Part shown: in pieces, positions 60,701 to 64,000 of the stretch | Numbering within the stretch: position 1 is the first letter of the stretch | Layout of the letters: each line of letters begins with the position of its first letter | Source: a virus | Taxonomy: Duplodnaviria > Caudoviricetes | Length of the DNA stretch: 64,000 nucleotides | Virus record (IMG/VR): IMGVR_UViG_3300028805_000096 | Location: 1-64,000 of that record | Reading direction: 5' to 3' (one strand) | The notes under the pieces: model-generated | Databases searched by the model: none | Told to the model about the DNA's origin: nothing | Seen by the model: the letters and a program-made list of their open reading frames with translations, nothing else | Translations under genes and position numbers: made by a program

Positions 60701-61094
60701 ATTCGAATAGTAGGTCTCCTTTGTTTCCCTTTTCTTCTACTTGTTTTGATATTTCATAATCTTCGGCTATCATCTTTGACCCTTGCTCGTATGCTGTTCC
60801 TATATCTTTTCATGCTATTTTTGATGTCACTCTTTGTACTCATTGCTTTGCTACGTCCACTATATTTCTTGGACTTTCCACGTATTCTATTTCTTTAAGC
60901 TGAGACTTTTGTTCTGGAGTCGTTTCGGATATTGTCGTAGATGGGTATTTGGGAGCTTGAGATTCTATTATATTAGAAACTCATTTAGGTATTTCTATGT
61001 CTGGTGTAGGCGTACCTGTTCATGTTGATAGCTTTTGAACTGAATTACTTCTTGCTTGCTGCTCTGCTAAGAATTTTTTTCAAGATGTTGCCAT
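54759..61094 (-). CDS. giant (about 2111 aa) ejected/polyvalent protein with C-terminal ART-like domain
   Basis: All minus-strand track fragments share one frame; FYHAS motif near 55540; continuity only spot-checked. Confidence 0.7.
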
Positions 61095-61113
61095 GTTTTA
61101 TGTTGAATTTTGG

Positions 61114-63666
61114 TTAAAAGTTCATCACAGGTTTGATTACAGTTCCTGTATTATTATTGGCTTGGTATGCTCATTGGCTACTGAAGTTTGATTTACTCAT
61201 CTCTGGGATAGCTGGTCAGTTGGTTATGGTCCTTACTTGCTCTGCCAAGATATCTATTGCAGATCTTGATTTTTCATCTAATCCCTCTTTTTTTAAGTAT
61301 CTCATGAGCTCTTGTTTATTTGCTCGGAAGTCATATGGATTACCCTTTACGCTTTCGTATGCCTTGAGTAGTTCTGTGTATGTTGTTGGTCAGATTACGT
61401 CTGCGTATTTTGTATTTATCGTTGTTAACATTCCATCTAATGCTCAGTTTATGATTGCAGTGTTAAGTTCTTTACTATTCTTTGTGCTAGGGAAGATTGA
61501 TTGATATTCTTTGGTTTCTTTTTCAGAGAATCATGCACCTGTAATAGCTTTCCTATAATTAATGATAGCTGTATTTATTTGAGTTGCAAGAGCTCTAAGT
61601 TTTGGATCTTTTACTTCTCCTATCTTTTCTGCCACATCTTCTTCTAGTCCTGCAAATAGTGATGTTTCTCATCCCATTTTTTCATATTGGTCTAATGCTA
61701 TTTGAATAGATGCAAGTTGTCCTAGTGCGTTTTGTGCTGCATTAAGTTGGTTCTTTTCGTCTTGTCCAAGTCATGATACTGATTTTGAAAGGATATACTC
61801 CAATGCACCATCATAGTTTCAGGAATCCACAAATTTCTTCACATTATCTGTGAATTGTCATTGGAATGCTACGGATCGGTTTGGATTTACTGCTAAATCT
61901 GCTGCAGTCGTAAATGCAGTATTTGCTTCTTGATTAGATGTTCCAGGAGTAGTTTGCTCTGCTGTTCAAGGAGTATAATATCATGTCACATCTGATAGCT
62001 TATATGTAGTGTATCCTAATCCCATTTTGTTTGAACCGTTACTATCGAGCAATGTTACAGTTCATTTTTTTGGATCTATGCTTACTACTATTCCTGTATG
62101 TCAGTATTTTTTTGTATTTCATGTTGCTCGGCTTTGTGTTCAGTCGAAGTATGCTATAGCTCATTCTGTAGGATATTTAGCTGTAGCGTAAGGTGCAAGG
62201 TCTTTTGCTTGGCTTATCTTTAAATTAGAACCTAAGAATCATAGATATTCATTTACTGGTTCTCCGCACCATCATTGTCTGATTGCTCATCCACTTGCTA
62301 TTAGGTCTTTATATGTTGTTACAAAGTTGTTGTATGCGGTTTGAACATTGGCTGTTCCTCATCATGTGAGTTCTGATACATCATATCCATAGTTCGCTGC
62401 GATGAAGTTTTGCATAGCTTTTTGTCTTTCATTTGCATCTTCTATTCCTTGTATATATTTTAATACAGCGTCAGACATTGCTGTTGATGTACTTCCTTGG
62501 AGTTTTGATAGAGCTTTCAAGTTATCCTCTGCTGTTAATATCTTGTTATCTATCTCTTGGAATTGTTGCAATACTGAAAGTTGTATAGATTTCACAGCAT
62601 CGTCAAAATCTTCTCATAGTCTTTGTATGTTTGTATTGTAATCTTGTATTGCTCTTATGTATGAAGCTCTTTGTTTTAGAGATGAGTATATGTAGTTATT
62701 TTCTAAGTCGTCCATGTTTTGTTGGTATCCTTTTTCTACTCTCTGAATCATATATTCTGATCCGCTTCTGTCTGCTATTGCACTCCCTACGCTTGCTGCT
62801 CGTTTTTCGTCGAACATACTTCTTTTTAGTGTTTGCATTGCAGAATTAAATTGAGCGTCTAGGTTTGTTTTGGCTAGGTTATAATCTTCCATAGTTCTTT
62901 GGAGGTTTATATCGTAGTCTTCTTCTGCTCTGAAGAAGTCTTTTAGTTGTTCTTGTGCGAATTCTTCTCCTATGGATACAAGCTCGCTTGCTTTACCTTG
63001 TTGTATTTTTCTTACAACTTCCTGGTCTACTCAAAGCTGGTTTGCTATTGTTGCAGTATCATATATTCATGCTGTGTATGCTTTTTGTATCTCTTTGATT
63101 AGGTTGTTTATATCTGCTACGTTTGTGCTTCCTGTAGTGTATTGATAGTTTTCACTTGCGAGTTTTAATGATCCCAGACCTTTTATGCTATCATTGAGTT
63201 GAGATACTGCTTTTTGGAATGTTGCGTCTGCGTTTGTATCGTCTATCTTTGGTTCGTACATATCAAAATTACCTTTTGCTTTAAGGTCCAAAGTAGAGTT
63301 TGGAGTAGTGGTTGTTGCCTTTGTTGGTTCTACTATTCAATTTTTATTGTTCTCGGAAGTGTTAGAAAGGATTTCTAGCATATTATTATAATCTACACTT
63401 CATTGTCATTGATTTTGACCTAGAGCGTATTCTTCTCTCCTTGTTGCGTTGTTTGTACTAGGAGAAGATGGATTCGCTCCATCTATTTTTGCACTACCAC
63501 CATTCATTGTTTTGCTTGGCTGTGCATTTGCTGTGGCTTCACTAGTATTTGGTGCTATAGTACCTCATTTATTTCCTCAATATACGATGTCTTCGTGTCA
63601 GAGGTATTTTCAGTTTTTATCATAGACTATACCATCTTTTACTGTGTGTCAATATTGGTTTGCCAT
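61114..63666 (-). CDS. DNA ejection protein with CHAP-like domain (about 61970-62300)
   Basis: GWCGEPVNEYL...AIAYFDG...YGHTGIV...LLDSN; homologous to 11925-14861. Confidence 0.8.
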
Positions 63667-63670
63667 TTGT

Positions 63671-64000
63671 TTAGAATTTATCGGATAAATCGAAGTTTCC
63701 TACAGGTGTTGCACGTATTGCCAATCCTGAAAGGTAAAGGTCTGCACCTGGTGTCTCAGACTTTATTTGTACTCTTATTCTCTTTCCCTTTCTCCTTACC
63801 ATTGCTTGGTCTAGGACTAAGTCTATTGGGAATAGTAAATTGTTATATTCGTTTACTACGTCTCTGTCAGTTGGATCGTATTCTGGTATTTCTGGTCCTC
63901 ATACTTCTATTTGTAGTCTCTGGTATGTATCGTATATTTGCTGTCGGTTTACTTTCTTATTGCAGATTTGTTTTCCGTCCACATAAACATTTACTTCGAA
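63671..64000 (-). CDS. C-terminal part of a tail tubular / stabilisation protein (truncated by the window)
   Basis: Open frame ending KGKRIRVQIKS...; lies upstream of the ejection protein, as in module 1. Confidence 0.6.

Noticed and set aside
1-64000. Mass pseudogenisation or selenocysteine readthrough as the explanation for in-frame TGA
   Set aside because: TGA falls at conserved Gly positions in essential genes and in tandem runs, and the genes checked end in TAA or TAG.
1-64000. Prophage integration module (integrase, att, repressor)
   Set aside because: I recognised no recombinase motifs or flanking host genes, so lifestyle cannot be called from this window.

Overview
The whole window is bacteriophage DNA; I found no host housekeeping genes and no integrase. 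It does not use the standard genetic code, so the supplied ORF track is mostly fragments and antisense shadows. TGA reads as Gly throughout (translation table 25), and CGA, plus probably CGG, reads as Trp. That combination is reported for Absconditabacteria (SR1), the inferred host group. Layout: (i) 456-25828, a complete forward podovirus-type virion and lysis module (terS, terL, portal, scaffold, capsid, adaptor, tail, CHAP-bearing ejection proteins, Cys/Gly-rich fibres, holin, papain-like lysin); (ii) 25895-39585, leftward early genes (GT9-like glycosyltransferase, HNH, NinG, Toprim primase, DnaB, initiator with iterons), interrupted by a nearly A-free tract at 29.4-30.2 kb; (iii) 39881-42852, rightward ERF, exonuclease, a probable -1 frameshifted lytic transglycosylase and tRNA-Met; (iv) 42951-64000, a second, homologous but divergent virion module on the minus strand. 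Module 2 contains two receptor-binding genes with DGR-type variable repeats, but I found no template repeat or reverse transcriptase in the window. All translations, counts and family calls were made by hand from motifs; no database search was run.
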